NCBI GenBank assembly: GCA_963741095.1
Contig: CAVUGN010000004.1
Coordinates: 53,190-117,189 of the forward strand
Direction of reading: 5' to 3'
Source: an uncultured Candidatus Micrarchaeota archaeon
GTDB taxonomy: Archaea > Micrarchaeota > Micrarchaeia > Micrarchaeales > Micrarchaeaceae
Length of the DNA stretch: 64,000 nucleotides
In this document: positions 18,709 through 28,127 of the stretch, in pieces
Position numbering within the stretch: the stretch's first letter is position 1
Layout of the letters: the number at the start of each line of letters is the position of its first letter
Translations under genes and position numbers: made by a program
Notes under the pieces: generated by a model
Database searches by the model: none
What the model was told of the DNA's origin: nothing
What the model saw: the letters and a program-made list of their open reading frames with translations, nothing else

Positions 18709-18780
18709 GAGCCCGTAGTCGAATGGTAAGACGTCACGTTGACAACGTGGAGATCAGGAGTTCGATTCTCCTCGGGCTCA
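18709..18780 (+). tRNA. tRNA-Val (anticodon GAC), no encoded CCA
   Basis: Acceptor GAGCCCG/CGGGCTC+A, anticodon arm TCACG-TTGACAA-CGTGG, T arm AGGAG-TTCGATT-CTCCT. Confidence 0.95.
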
Positions 18781-18808
18781 TATCGATTAAGAAAAGAACC
18801 GTGCTGGT

Positions 18809-19489
18809 TTATCTCGCCAAAGGCACTATGGCATTGATGTCAGGGTCATCGTAAGCACACAAGTACTGCCGTTCCCACCCATCCTCCGAATTTATCATGT
18901 AATCTATGTATTTCAGCGTCACCGGCCGTCCTTCTTTGGCTGCCTTCAGGGCACTTTTTTTGACGTACACTACATCTTTGCCGTCATAGCGGTCTGCATA
19001 TTTGTTCACCGCTTCACCTCCGGATATGCGTTTGAAAGTTGCTTTCCCACCGTTACGAATGATTTGATGCCATCTAGTCTCCTTTGGCATACCCGTGGAA
19101 TCCACCGCTAATACATCTCCATCCTTCTTCATCTTCTCTATTGTCTTCAAATCACCGACAACCTCATCAAAGGCGGCAAGAGTACCGCCTAATGATATTG
19201 CGGTATCCCGTGCATCCTTAACCAGTGAACGTTGGCTCTGAAATGTATAAGATTTTTGTTTCGGCGCCTTTACTGTTTTGGCATGCTTCTCGCCATTTTT
19301 ATCCGGCAATTGCACTTTTGCGCCACCGACCTTGTCTAGCGCCGAAGCAGACGGGCTTTTCACCTCTTCCTCCCTGATGAACTCCTTTAGCGCTTCCACC
19401 GTTTCCAGAGTCATCCTTCCGCTCGTCGCTGTGTTGCCGTTCAACTCAGCAGAAGCATTCGATTTCGTCACGCTTTTACTTGAATCCAT
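18809..19489 (-). CDS. Hypothetical protein carrying shared N-terminal motif
   Basis: 226-aa ORF; motif GRMTLETVEALKEFIR at residues 24-39. Confidence 0.75.
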   Translation of the reverse strand: MDSSKSVTKSNASAELNGNTATSGRMTLETVEALKEFIREEEVKSPSASALDKVGGAKVQLPDKNGEKHAKTVKAPKQKSYTFQSQRSLVKDARDTAISLGGTLAAFDEVVGDLKTIEKMKKDGDVLAVDSTGMPKETRWHQIIRNGGKATFKRISGGEAVNKYADRYDGKDVVYVKKSALKAAKEGRPVTLKYIDYMINSEDGWERQYLCAYDDPDINAIVPLAR

Positions 19490-19512
19490 CCAAACACACG
19501 ACCGTTACCTGT

Positions 19513-19995
19513 TCAAACATCCCTCAAAATCACCATGGGTGCTTTTGCTTTGAAATCAGAATCATCAACTTCAACGCCGATAAACTCTGCTTCAGTATAA
19601 GCAAAGAAAGGCGTATCCCCATTCTCGGGTCTGAGGTGCGCCCACTCCCCCCGCTTCACTGCCTTGGAAAGAACGGCAAACGACTTCCCATCATATATCA
19701 ATCTCCTCACATCTTTAGCGGTGAGCAACTCCTTTCCCTCGATGCTGGCTATCTCTTCCGTGCGCTTAACATTCACTCCTTTGCCCTTTTCGAATCTCAG
19801 GATCTCGTATGTCTCGTCCCCGATCTTGATGGATGTCCTACTGGCCACCCCGGGCAGCTCGGTTTTTGCATCGTTAACCGTATGAATCTGCACTGAAGCC
19901 GATATCCTTTCCGCATCCTCGCTCCTTACGAATGCCCTTATCACCTCTATCCTCTCAAGAGTCATCAGTCCGTCATTTTTTGCGTTGGTTTCCAT
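19513..19995 (-). CDS. Hypothetical protein carrying shared N-terminal motif
   Basis: 160-aa ORF; motif GLMTLERIEVIRAFVR at residues 9-24. Confidence 0.75.
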   Translation of the reverse strand: METNAKNDGLMTLERIEVIRAFVRSEDAERISASVQIHTVNDAKTELPGVASRTSIKIGDETYEILRFEKGKGVNVKRTEEIASIEGKELLTAKDVRRLIYDGKSFAVLSKAVKRGEWAHLRPENGDTPFFAYTEAEFIGVEVDDSDFKAKAPMVILRDV

Positions 19996-20034
19996 TTCAT
20001 ACCTTTTTTGCTGCGTCCTTGAGCTTTTCCCAGC

Positions 20035-21450
20035 TCAATCCCCGCTCCAGTCCATCCATGTCTCTTTCCTTAATGCGTCCTTGAGCAGCTTTTTCATTTC
20101 TTTGTCATGGGTGTAGTGCATCACATTCTTACCCGAATTATCCTTCCAACTCACCTTTGCCCCCGCTTGTATCAGCATCTCGGCCATCTTTCTATTGCCG
20201 TGAAATACGGCATGCGTCAGCGCTGTCCGGCCTTCGCTTTCAACCACGAGATTCGCACCGCCGTCTATCAAATTTCTTACCATGTCCAAGTCCGGATTGT
20301 CTTTGCTGACTTCATCAAGCAGCGTTGTCCCCCGCTCTGTTGCTGTGTCTTCCAGCAGCTTTTTTATATCCTTGTCTTTGGTTACTTCCATAGCCCTCTG
20401 GATTGAGTTCGAGCCGCTGGATATCAAAGTTTCAACCGCTTCCTTATGGCCCTCTTTCGAAGCCCACATCAGTGCGGTCCAACCGTGTTCATCTCTCGCA
20501 TTCACTTCCGCTCCGTCGTTCAGCAGTACTTTGACCATTTCATTACAACCATACATCGAGGCTTGCATCAACGGTGTCGTACCATCATGGCTCTTTACAT
20601 TTACATCAGCCCCGTGGCGTATCAATGTCTCGGCAATTTCGAGCGTATCCCCATATGAAGCGTATATCAGCGCTGTGCGACCAGAATTGTTGCTGGCGTC
20701 CACCTCGGCGCCGCTGCTCAGCAAAACGTCAACTACTCCTTTATGCTCTTCTTGTGAAGCCCACATCAGGGCTGTGCTACCTGTGCTGGACTGCAGATTC
20801 ACATCTGCCCCGTTTTTCAGCAGGATTTTGATAATATCCTCATAACCCTCCTTCGAAGCCTCCATCAGCGCCGTCCGGTTTCCCTTGTTCTCCAAAGTAG
20901 AATCGGCGCCTTTATTCAGCAGTATACCAACCGTTTCATCATAGCCGTTAATCGAAGCCAAAATCAGCGCCGTGTTTTCGTAATTGCCCGTCATGTTTAC
21001 GTCTGCCTTGCCGTCCAGCAGCATCCTGACAACATCATTGTGGCCGCAATACGAAGCCCACATAAGCGCGGTCCAGCCGTCCTCATCACTCAGGTTCACA
21101 TCAGCCTTGCGGTCCAGCAATGCCTCAACCGCCTCGCTGTAGCCGGACATCGAAGCGTACATAAGCGCAGTCATACCTTTATGATCCTTTAGATTCACGT
21201 CCGCCCCTTTCTGTAAAAGCTCTTTAATTCCTTCAATATTTCCCGCCTTTACCTCCTTGAACAGCGCATTTCCCAGCTCCTTTGCTCTATCTACGCAAAC
21301 AACAGGCTCATTTGTAGCCCCTCTATGCAACATGGCCGCATTGTTGGCTGCTATGTTGGTTTGTTCATCCGTCTGTCTGACGAATGCCTTTATCGAGTCC
21401 AACCTTTCGGGGGTTATCCTTCCGTCCTTGTTCGAGCTGTTTTCCATCAA
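20035..21450 (-). CDS. Ankyrin repeat protein (about 11-12 repeats)
   Basis: Repeated G.TAL..A...G....V..LL..GADVN units of 33 aa; N-terminal motif GRITPERLDSIKAFVR. Confidence 0.93.
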   Translation of the reverse strand: MMENSSNKDGRITPERLDSIKAFVRQTDEQTNIAANNAAMLHRGATNEPVVCVDRAKELGNALFKEVKAGNIEGIKELLQKGADVNLKDHKGMTALMYASMSGYSEAVEALLDRKADVNLSDEDGWTALMWASYCGHNDVVRMLLDGKADVNMTGNYENTALILASINGYDETVGILLNKGADSTLENKGNRTALMEASKEGYEDIIKILLKNGADVNLQSSTGSTALMWASQEEHKGVVDVLLSSGAEVDASNNSGRTALIYASYGDTLEIAETLIRHGADVNVKSHDGTTPLMQASMYGCNEMVKVLLNDGAEVNARDEHGWTALMWASKEGHKEAVETLISSGSNSIQRAMEVTKDKDIKKLLEDTATERGTTLLDEVSKDNPDLDMVRNLIDGGANLVVESEGRTALTHAVFHGNRKMAEMLIQAGAKVSWKDNSGKNVMHYTHDKEMKKLLKDALRKETWMDWSGD

Positions 21451-21551
21451 AAAAGCCTCGTTACAAGTGCGATTTGGAGATACTTATGCCTTGCAACGAC
21501 CTTCGTCAATCGTAGAAGTCGGCACTCCACAAGAATATTTATTACTTCAAA

Positions 21552-22439
21552 ATGGAGTATACTGCGATGAGAAACAGTTCTGAAAACAGGTTCTGGGCGT
21601 ATCTGGTCCCGCTGCTGATCATTGCGATGATGGCGGCATCAAGCCTGTTTTATGCGATCTTTCTGCCCAAACAGGAGAGTGTGTTGGGGGGATTTTTCGG
21701 GATATACACCAGCATTTTCAACGGGTACACTGAAGTTTCGGGGCAATTCTTGGTGGCAGCCCTGAACGCCCTGACTGCAATGATGTTGGTGGCATTTTCC
21801 GCAGTCTGCATCGACAAACTGCTGCACCTCAGGAAGCACATAAACTTCATCTTCCTGATGATGCTGGCATCGCAATTCCTGTTCGTAGGCCTGGTTGGTT
21901 TCAACACCCCTGGATTTGCCGGTGGCGTCTCATTGTTCGACACGGACTGCATGGTGGTAATCATAGCGGCATTCCTGATGGGCATTGCCACCCTTCTTTC
22001 GAAGTCCGTCAGAACCGGCCGGCGAGCAATCGACAGGATGGGCCCGGGGTTCTTCGTGTTCTCCGGAGTATGCCCTGCGATGCTGGTTGCGCTTCTCTCC
22101 GCCGCTGACAACAATTATGCCTACATCTACTACGCGCCCATGCTGGTCCTGCTTTCCCTGTTCTATTACTACCTCTACAGCTGGAAGAAGCTGGAATCCG
22201 AATCGACAAGGCTGCTGGGCATCTGGCTGTTAATCGTGATGCTGCTTCTATCAATGGAACTGTACCTGATGTACATAATCGTAGCGCCGCATCTTGTTGG
22301 CCTGCTGCTTTATTCGGGCATGCTTGTTTTTGCATACTGCGTTTATGCAATCTACCTGATACGCACCGGAAAAATCTTCGGCACCGGCAAAAAGAAGACA
22401 AGAGCAAAAACGCCAAGACGTAGAATCCGCAATGCCTGA
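21552..22439 (+). CDS. Hypothetical multi-pass membrane protein
   Basis: About 8 hydrophobic segments and a basic C-terminal tail. Confidence 0.7.
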   Translation: MEYTAMRNSSENRFWAYLVPLLIIAMMAASSLFYAIFLPKQESVLGGFFGIYTSIFNGYTEVSGQFLVAALNALTAMMLVAFSAVCIDKLLHLRKHINFIFLMMLASQFLFVGLVGFNTPGFAGGVSLFDTDCMVVIIAAFLMGIATLLSKSVRTGRRAIDRMGPGFFVFSGVCPAMLVALLSAADNNYAYIYYAPMLVLLSLFYYYLYSWKKLESESTRLLGIWLLIVMLLLSMELYLMYIIVAPHLVGLLLYSGMLVFAYCVYAIYLIRTGKIFGTGKKKTRAKTPRRRIRNA

Positions 22440-22502
22440 GCAACGCAGAACAATATTCATATCTTATGGTGCATAAACTATCATAACATCAAGATGCTTG
22501 TA

Positions 22503-24401
22503 ATGACGAAGAACAATGTCACCATAGGGCTCATCCAGACTGCCGTTTCTGAAGACCTGGAGGCCAACCTGAAAAAGACCGTTGCCAAGATAGCCGAAGC
22601 CGCGAAAAAGGGCGCGCAGATAATCTGCCTGCAGGAGCTTTACCGCACAAGGTACTTCCCGCAGCACGAAAAGAAGGATGCAAGCGCCCTGGCGGAGACC
22701 GTGCCAGGCGAATCGACTTCGGTCCTGTCCGATCTGGCGAAGAAGCTTTCCGTTGTGATAATAGTACCCATATTCGAAAAGGATCCCAGCGGCAAATACT
22801 ACAATTCCGCGATCGTGATCGATGCTGACGGGAAGTTGATGGGCACCTACCGCAAGATGCACATACCCCATGACCCGTTCTTCTACGAGAAAAGCTATTT
22901 CACCGCAGGTGACCTCGGCTACCGGGTCTTCAAGACGCGCTACGCCTCGATTGCGGTGCTGATATGCTACGACCAATGGTTTCCCGAAGCGGCGAGGATA
23001 TGCACGCTGAAAGGAGCCGACATAATCTTCTATCCTACCGCGATCGGCTACCCTGACGGTTACCAATCGCCTGACGAGGATTGGCAGGAGGCATGGGAAG
23101 TCATACAGCGTTCGCATTCCATCGCCAACGGCGTGCACGTCGCGGCAGTGAACCGCGTCGGCAGGGAGGGCAGCATAACCTTCTGGGGAGGATCGTTTGT
23201 CAGCGACGCTTTCGGGAAAGTCCTCAAGAGGGCCGGCAAGGAAGAGGAGGTGCTTATGGTCAAGATAGACACCAGTCAGAACAAGATGCTTCAAGACGCC
23301 TGGGGCTTCCACAAGAACCGCAGGCCGGAAACATACGCACCGATAATCTCCCAAGATACACCTGCTCATCTTGGATACCATATGCCTGCAGAATGGGAAA
23401 AACACAAGGCCACGTGGCTGTCATGGCCGCATGATCCGCTGACCTTTCCCAACGGCGTGGAGAAGGCGGAAAAGACGTACCTTGAGATAATAGGCGCGCT
23501 GCAAAAAAGTGAGGATGTCAATCTCTTTGTTACTGATAACGATGCAAAAGCGAGAGTTTCAGGCCTGCTGAAGTCAAGCGGCATAGATCAAAAGAGAGTG
23601 AAATTCCACGTCTGGGACTATGCGGACGTCTGGATGCGCGACTACGGCCCGATATTCCTTGTCAACAAGAACACAAAGAAACTTGCAATGGTGCATTGGA
23701 TATTCGATGCATGGGGCGGCAAATATGCCGAGCTCATGAAGGACACTGGAATGCCGGATTTCATAAACCAGGAATTGAAAATAGAGTGCTTCACTCCGGG
23801 CATCGTACTGGAAGGCGGATCGATAGACGTGAATGGCAGCGGCACGCTCATGACAACCGAGCAGTGCCTCCTGAACAAGAACCGGAATCCCAGCCTCTCA
23901 AGGAAGGACATTGAGAGATACCTCATGGACTACCTCGGAGTGAGAAACATCATCTGGATAAAGGGCGGGATCGAGGGCGACGACACCGACGGGCATGTCG
24001 ATGACATCGCGCGCTTCGTCAATTCCAACACCGTTGTCTGCGCCTATGAAGAGGACGAAAGGGACGAGAACCATTCGATACTGAAGGAGAATTACGAGAT
24101 GCTGCTAAAAGCAAAGGATCAGGATGGGAACAGACTGAACGTGATACGCCTGCCCATGCCGCCTCGGCTTGATGACAAATTCACCGACGGGGGCAAAAGA
24201 CTGCCCGCAAGCTACCTGAATTTCTACATCGGCAGCGAGGTTGTGCTCGTGCCTGTGTTTGGGCATAAGAATGATGCCATCGCGCTGAAAATCATCCAGG
24301 AGGCGTTCCAGAACAGAAAAGTGGTCGGCATCAACTGCTCGGATCTCGTTTATGGCCTGGGCGCAATCCACTGCATCACGCAGCAGCAGCCCGAGATATG
24401 A
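22503..24401 (+). CDS. N-carbamoylputrescine amidase (nitrilase fold) fused to agmatine deiminase
   Basis: N half: CLQELY, YRKMHIP, ICYDQWFPE (E-K-C triad). C half: MPAEWE, WMRDYGP, LEGGSID, DDTDGHVDD, GAIHCITQQQP. Confidence 0.92.
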   Translation: MTKNNVTIGLIQTAVSEDLEANLKKTVAKIAEAAKKGAQIICLQELYRTRYFPQHEKKDASALAETVPGESTSVLSDLAKKLSVVIIVPIFEKDPSGKYYNSAIVIDADGKLMGTYRKMHIPHDPFFYEKSYFTAGDLGYRVFKTRYASIAVLICYDQWFPEAARICTLKGADIIFYPTAIGYPDGYQSPDEDWQEAWEVIQRSHSIANGVHVAAVNRVGREGSITFWGGSFVSDAFGKVLKRAGKEEEVLMVKIDTSQNKMLQDAWGFHKNRRPETYAPIISQDTPAHLGYHMPAEWEKHKATWLSWPHDPLTFPNGVEKAEKTYLEIIGALQKSEDVNLFVTDNDAKARVSGLLKSSGIDQKRVKFHVWDYADVWMRDYGPIFLVNKNTKKLAMVHWIFDAWGGKYAELMKDTGMPDFINQELKIECFTPGIVLEGGSIDVNGSGTLMTTEQCLLNKNRNPSLSRKDIERYLMDYLGVRNIIWIKGGIEGDDTDGHVDDIARFVNSNTVVCAYEEDERDENHSILKENYEMLLKAKDQDGNRLNVIRLPMPPRLDDKFTDGGKRLPASYLNFYIGSEVVLVPVFGHKNDAIALKIIQEAFQNRKVVGINCSDLVYGLGAIHCITQQQPEI

Positions 24402-25520
24402 TCACATATCCTCGAACAGGCTGGAATAGAACTTATCGATGTTCGAGATTGCGAAGGCATCCATCCCCTTCGCGTTGCTTATGTACCTGGATTTGTCGCC
24501 GCTCTTAAGCATCTGGACAATCCTGCCGGGTATCCTGCTCTCCTTTTCAACGACGCACATCTTCCTCACCTCCTTCGGCACCGGGGAATAATCTGGGAGC
24601 ACAACGGGCGTGCCCAGTGCAAGGCTCTCCAGGACTACCAGGCTCAGGCCTTCTCTCTCCGACATCTGTAGCAGCAACTGAGAACCCTTCACCCTGCCAA
24701 AGAGCAGTTTCTTGTCCCTCTCGCGGTAGAAGCCCCTCATCTCGACCGTCTTGTTCAGCCCAAGCTGGCTTATCATGTCCTTTATGCTGTCTCTCTCCGG
24801 TCCCTCTCCTACCAACAGTACCTTCAGCCCCCTGATCCTCGTGCTTACCTTCTTGACAATTGTAAGCCATTTATCCAGTCTTTTCTCTTTTATCATGCGG
24901 CCGTAGAAGACTATCTGGCTGTTGCCCACTGGCTTTATCCCGCCCATGAGCCTGTCATCTATGACCGGAGTGAAAACGTGTATCTTCTTCCTGTTGACTC
25001 CGCATTCTTCGAGCCTCTCCGCGGTCACGCTGGAGTTCGCTATGTACGCGTCTGCGACTCTTATGAACGCGGATGCGTAAGCGTTCGCGATGCTGCCGAA
25101 AAAGCTCCCGAGGTAGCTCGTCCAATAGTCCCTGTCCCAGACCTCGTGCACATCCAGTATCAATTTGCAGTTGTAGAGCTTGCAGTACAGCTTCAGCGTA
25201 AAGATGTGGAGCACCGGAAACTCGTTCGCCTGTATGTAATCGAACCTGTACCTGAAAAGCCTGAACATGTCTATCGAGAAGACGATCGCCTCCCTTATCG
25301 ATCTTCTGCCATGCCGGTAGAACTTGTCCTTGGTGATGTTGTGCTTGGTGTGGAAAATGACGCCGTCGCGCTTGAACTCCCCTTCCATGCCCGGCCATCG
25401 GAACGAGAAGAAGTGCACCTCGTGCTTCTTCGCGAGCTCCCTTGACTCGGTGCCCTCAAGAGTCTCAATTCCCCCGATGTTCCACGGGTAAACCGCATCT
25501 GACACGAACGCAATTTTCAT
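24402..25520 (-). CDS. Glycosyltransferase family 4 (GT-B)
   Basis: MKIAFVSD...GG.E, GRMIKEKR, SEREGLSLVVLESLALGTPVV. Confidence 0.9.
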   Translation of the reverse strand: MKIAFVSDAVYPWNIGGIETLEGTESRELAKKHEVHFFSFRWPGMEGEFKRDGVIFHTKHNITKDKFYRHGRRSIREAIVFSIDMFRLFRYRFDYIQANEFPVLHIFTLKLYCKLYNCKLILDVHEVWDRDYWTSYLGSFFGSIANAYASAFIRVADAYIANSSVTAERLEECGVNRKKIHVFTPVIDDRLMGGIKPVGNSQIVFYGRMIKEKRLDKWLTIVKKVSTRIRGLKVLLVGEGPERDSIKDMISQLGLNKTVEMRGFYRERDKKLLFGRVKGSQLLLQMSEREGLSLVVLESLALGTPVVLPDYSPVPKEVRKMCVVEKESRIPGRIVQMLKSGDKSRYISNAKGMDAFAISNIDKFYSSLFEDM

Positions 25521-25595
25521 CTCTTCACGTAAAAACTTATAAACAGCACCATTTAATATTGATGTTGTGAATTTAATCCCTTTGATTGTGATGCG

Positions 25596-28127
25596 ATGAG
25601 AGAGGAACCCCACAAGACCCTGGGCAGGAACGTAATACCTGGAAACTACAAGCTAACAATAGATTCGGACATCAAGACATTCAAGTTCAAGGGCAACGTC
25701 GCAATAAGCGTTGACATAAAGAAGCCGACAAGGCAGGTCGTGCTCAACGCCAAGGAGTTGAAAATAAATCTGGCAAGCATCACCTCAAACGGCAAGGAAT
25801 ACGCCGCAGAAGCGAAGGTCGACAAAAAGGAGAACACGGTCACGTTATCATTCGGCAAGCCGATCAAGGGCAAGGCGCTCATAACGATCGATTACTCCGG
25901 AAAGAACAACGACGAGATGTACGGCCTTTACCGCAGCAGATACTCGTACAAGGGCAAGAACGGGTACATACTCTCAACGCAGTTCGAGTCAACCGATGCA
26001 AGGTGCGCATTCCCCTGTTTCGACGAGCCGGAATTCAAGGCCACCTTCGACCTTTCGCTGGTGATAGACAACGACCTGAAGGCCCTGTCGAACATGCCGA
26101 TAAAGAGCGAGGGCAAGTTTGGCAAAAAGAAGAAGGTAACATTCAACACCACTCCGAGGATGTCGACCTACCTGCTCTACATCGGGATAGGCAAATTCGA
26201 GTTCCTGGAAGGCAAGCTCGGAAGCAGATCAATAAGAATAGTGACCACTCCCGGCAAGATCGAATATGCCAAGATGGCGCTGGACTTCACAAAGAAGTTC
26301 CTCTCATACTACGAGGGATATTTCGGCGTGAAGTACCCACTGCCGAAGCTTGACATGATAGCCGTTCCGGACTTCGCCGCGGGGGCGATGGAGAACTGGG
26401 GCGCGATAGCCTTCAGGGAGATCGAGATAATCGGCAACGAGAAGATAACCTCTGTTGCAATAAAGAGGCGGATAGCCGAGGTCATCGCGCACGAGCTCGC
26501 CCACCAGTGGTTCGGCGACCTGGTCACGATGGCGTGGTGGGACGATCTCTGGCTGAACGAGAGCTTTGCTACCTTCATGGCCTACAAGGCGGTCGACCAC
26601 GTCTTTCCAGAGTGGCAGATGGGAACGCAGTACTTCATAGACACGGTCGGGACCGCACTCTCCATGGACCAATTGAAGACGACGCACCCGATAAGCGTGC
26701 ACGTCAACGAGCCCAGCGAGATCAACGAGATATTCGACGGCATAAGCTACGAGAAGGGGGGCAGCATACTCTCCATGCTTGAGGATTACGTCGGCGAGGA
26801 GACCTTCAGGAAGGGCCTCAACGTCTACCTAAGGAAGCACGAGTACGGCAATGCCACCAAATACGACCTGTGGGGCGCGATACAGCAGGTCGCAAAGTCA
26901 ACAGGCAAGAACGTCTCCAAGGTTGCAAGCTACTGGATCGACAATCCGGGCTATCCGATGGTCGACGTCAAGCTCGGCGGCAATGGAGTCCTATTGGAAC
27001 AGAACAGGTTCCTTCTCTCGGACGGCAAGGGCGCCGGCGTATGGCCGATACCTCTGCACTACAAAACCGAGACCGGGCAGGGATACATGCTCATGAGCGG
27101 CAAGAACGATTCGATAAGCCTTGAAAAAGGCTCTTACGTGAAGCTGAACTACCTTCAGAAAGGCCTGTACAGGGTCAGATATCCGGACAGAATACTGAAT
27201 TTGCTGGGCGAACTGGTCAGGGCGAAGAAGCTGAGCGCCCTGGATGCCTGGGGCATAGAGAACGACCTCTACGCGCTCGTAAGATCCTGCAGGGCGCCAT
27301 TGAAGACCTATCTCGATTTCATAGAACGCTACTGCTTCGATAGCGGCTATCCGCTCAATTTCAGCGTGTCGGGGCACCTGTACGGATTGTCCGTGCTGCT
27401 GCATGGCACAAGCCAGGAATCCAGGATAACAAGGCTGATAATCTCGTACCACAAGCGCATACTAGGCAAGACTGGGTGGCAGACGCGCAGCTCCGATGAC
27501 GATGTAACCATTATGCTCCGGAGCATGGCGATAAGGAACCTCGGCATGGCCGGCGACTCCGACACGATGGACAAGGCAAGGACAATGTTCAAGGACTACA
27601 TAGAGAAGGGCAAGCAGATAGAGACCAACATACGCGGCGCGGTCTATGGCACAAACGCATGGAACGGCGACGACCTGACGTTCAACAGGTTCATGGAGCT
27701 CTACAAGAAGGTCGAGCTGCCGGAAGAGCGCGCAAAACTGCTGGGCGCACTGGGAAGTTTCGGCAAGCCCGAACTTGCAAGAAAGGGGCTCGAATTCACG
27801 CTTTCGAAATACGTCAGGCTGCAGGACGCGCCGAGCATACCCGCCTACGCATCATCCAACTACGTGGGGAAGGATTTCGTGTGGGCATGGACGAAGGCTA
27901 ACTGGAAGACATTGTCCTACAGGTGCAGGGCGCAGCTCATGCTGAGCTCGTTCGTGGGCGACCTCAGCATAGTCAGCGACCAGAAGACCAGAGACGAGAT
28001 AAAGAGCTTCTTCGCCAACCCCAAGAACATGAAAAAGGAGATAAAAAGGGAGCTCGCCCAGACTCTCGAACGCATAGACGCCAACATAAGGTTCGAGAAG
28101 CTGCAGACCCACGATCGGAAGGAATGA
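25596..28127 (+). CDS. M1 family zinc aminopeptidase (PepN/tricorn-interacting factor type)
   Basis: GAMENWG, HELAH(18)E, SYEKG and an ERAP1-like C-terminal region. Confidence 0.95.
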   Translation: MREEPHKTLGRNVIPGNYKLTIDSDIKTFKFKGNVAISVDIKKPTRQVVLNAKELKINLASITSNGKEYAAEAKVDKKENTVTLSFGKPIKGKALITIDYSGKNNDEMYGLYRSRYSYKGKNGYILSTQFESTDARCAFPCFDEPEFKATFDLSLVIDNDLKALSNMPIKSEGKFGKKKKVTFNTTPRMSTYLLYIGIGKFEFLEGKLGSRSIRIVTTPGKIEYAKMALDFTKKFLSYYEGYFGVKYPLPKLDMIAVPDFAAGAMENWGAIAFREIEIIGNEKITSVAIKRRIAEVIAHELAHQWFGDLVTMAWWDDLWLNESFATFMAYKAVDHVFPEWQMGTQYFIDTVGTALSMDQLKTTHPISVHVNEPSEINEIFDGISYEKGGSILSMLEDYVGEETFRKGLNVYLRKHEYGNATKYDLWGAIQQVAKSTGKNVSKVASYWIDNPGYPMVDVKLGGNGVLLEQNRFLLSDGKGAGVWPIPLHYKTETGQGYMLMSGKNDSISLEKGSYVKLNYLQKGLYRVRYPDRILNLLGELVRAKKLSALDAWGIENDLYALVRSCRAPLKTYLDFIERYCFDSGYPLNFSVSGHLYGLSVLLHGTSQESRITRLIISYHKRILGKTGWQTRSSDDDVTIMLRSMAIRNLGMAGDSDTMDKARTMFKDYIEKGKQIETNIRGAVYGTNAWNGDDLTFNRFMELYKKVELPEERAKLLGALGSFGKPELARKGLEFTLSKYVRLQDAPSIPAYASSNYVGKDFVWAWTKANWKTLSYRCRAQLMLSSFVGDLSIVSDQKTRDEIKSFFANPKNMKKEIKRELAQTLERIDANIRFEKLQTHDRKE

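Noticed and set aside
149-18780. The two tRNA-Val genes as inverted att sites of an 18.6-kb element
   Set aside because: Both are complete isoacceptors with different anticodons and acceptor stems; the interval is housekeeping genes with no integrase.
19996-20037. Ankyrin gene TGA is in frame with the next ORF across 13 open codons (possible readthrough/selenocysteine fusion)
   Set aside because: In-frame juxtaposition has a one-in-three chance; the downstream ORF has its own AGGT RBS and its own N-terminal motif, and no SECIS-like context was seen.
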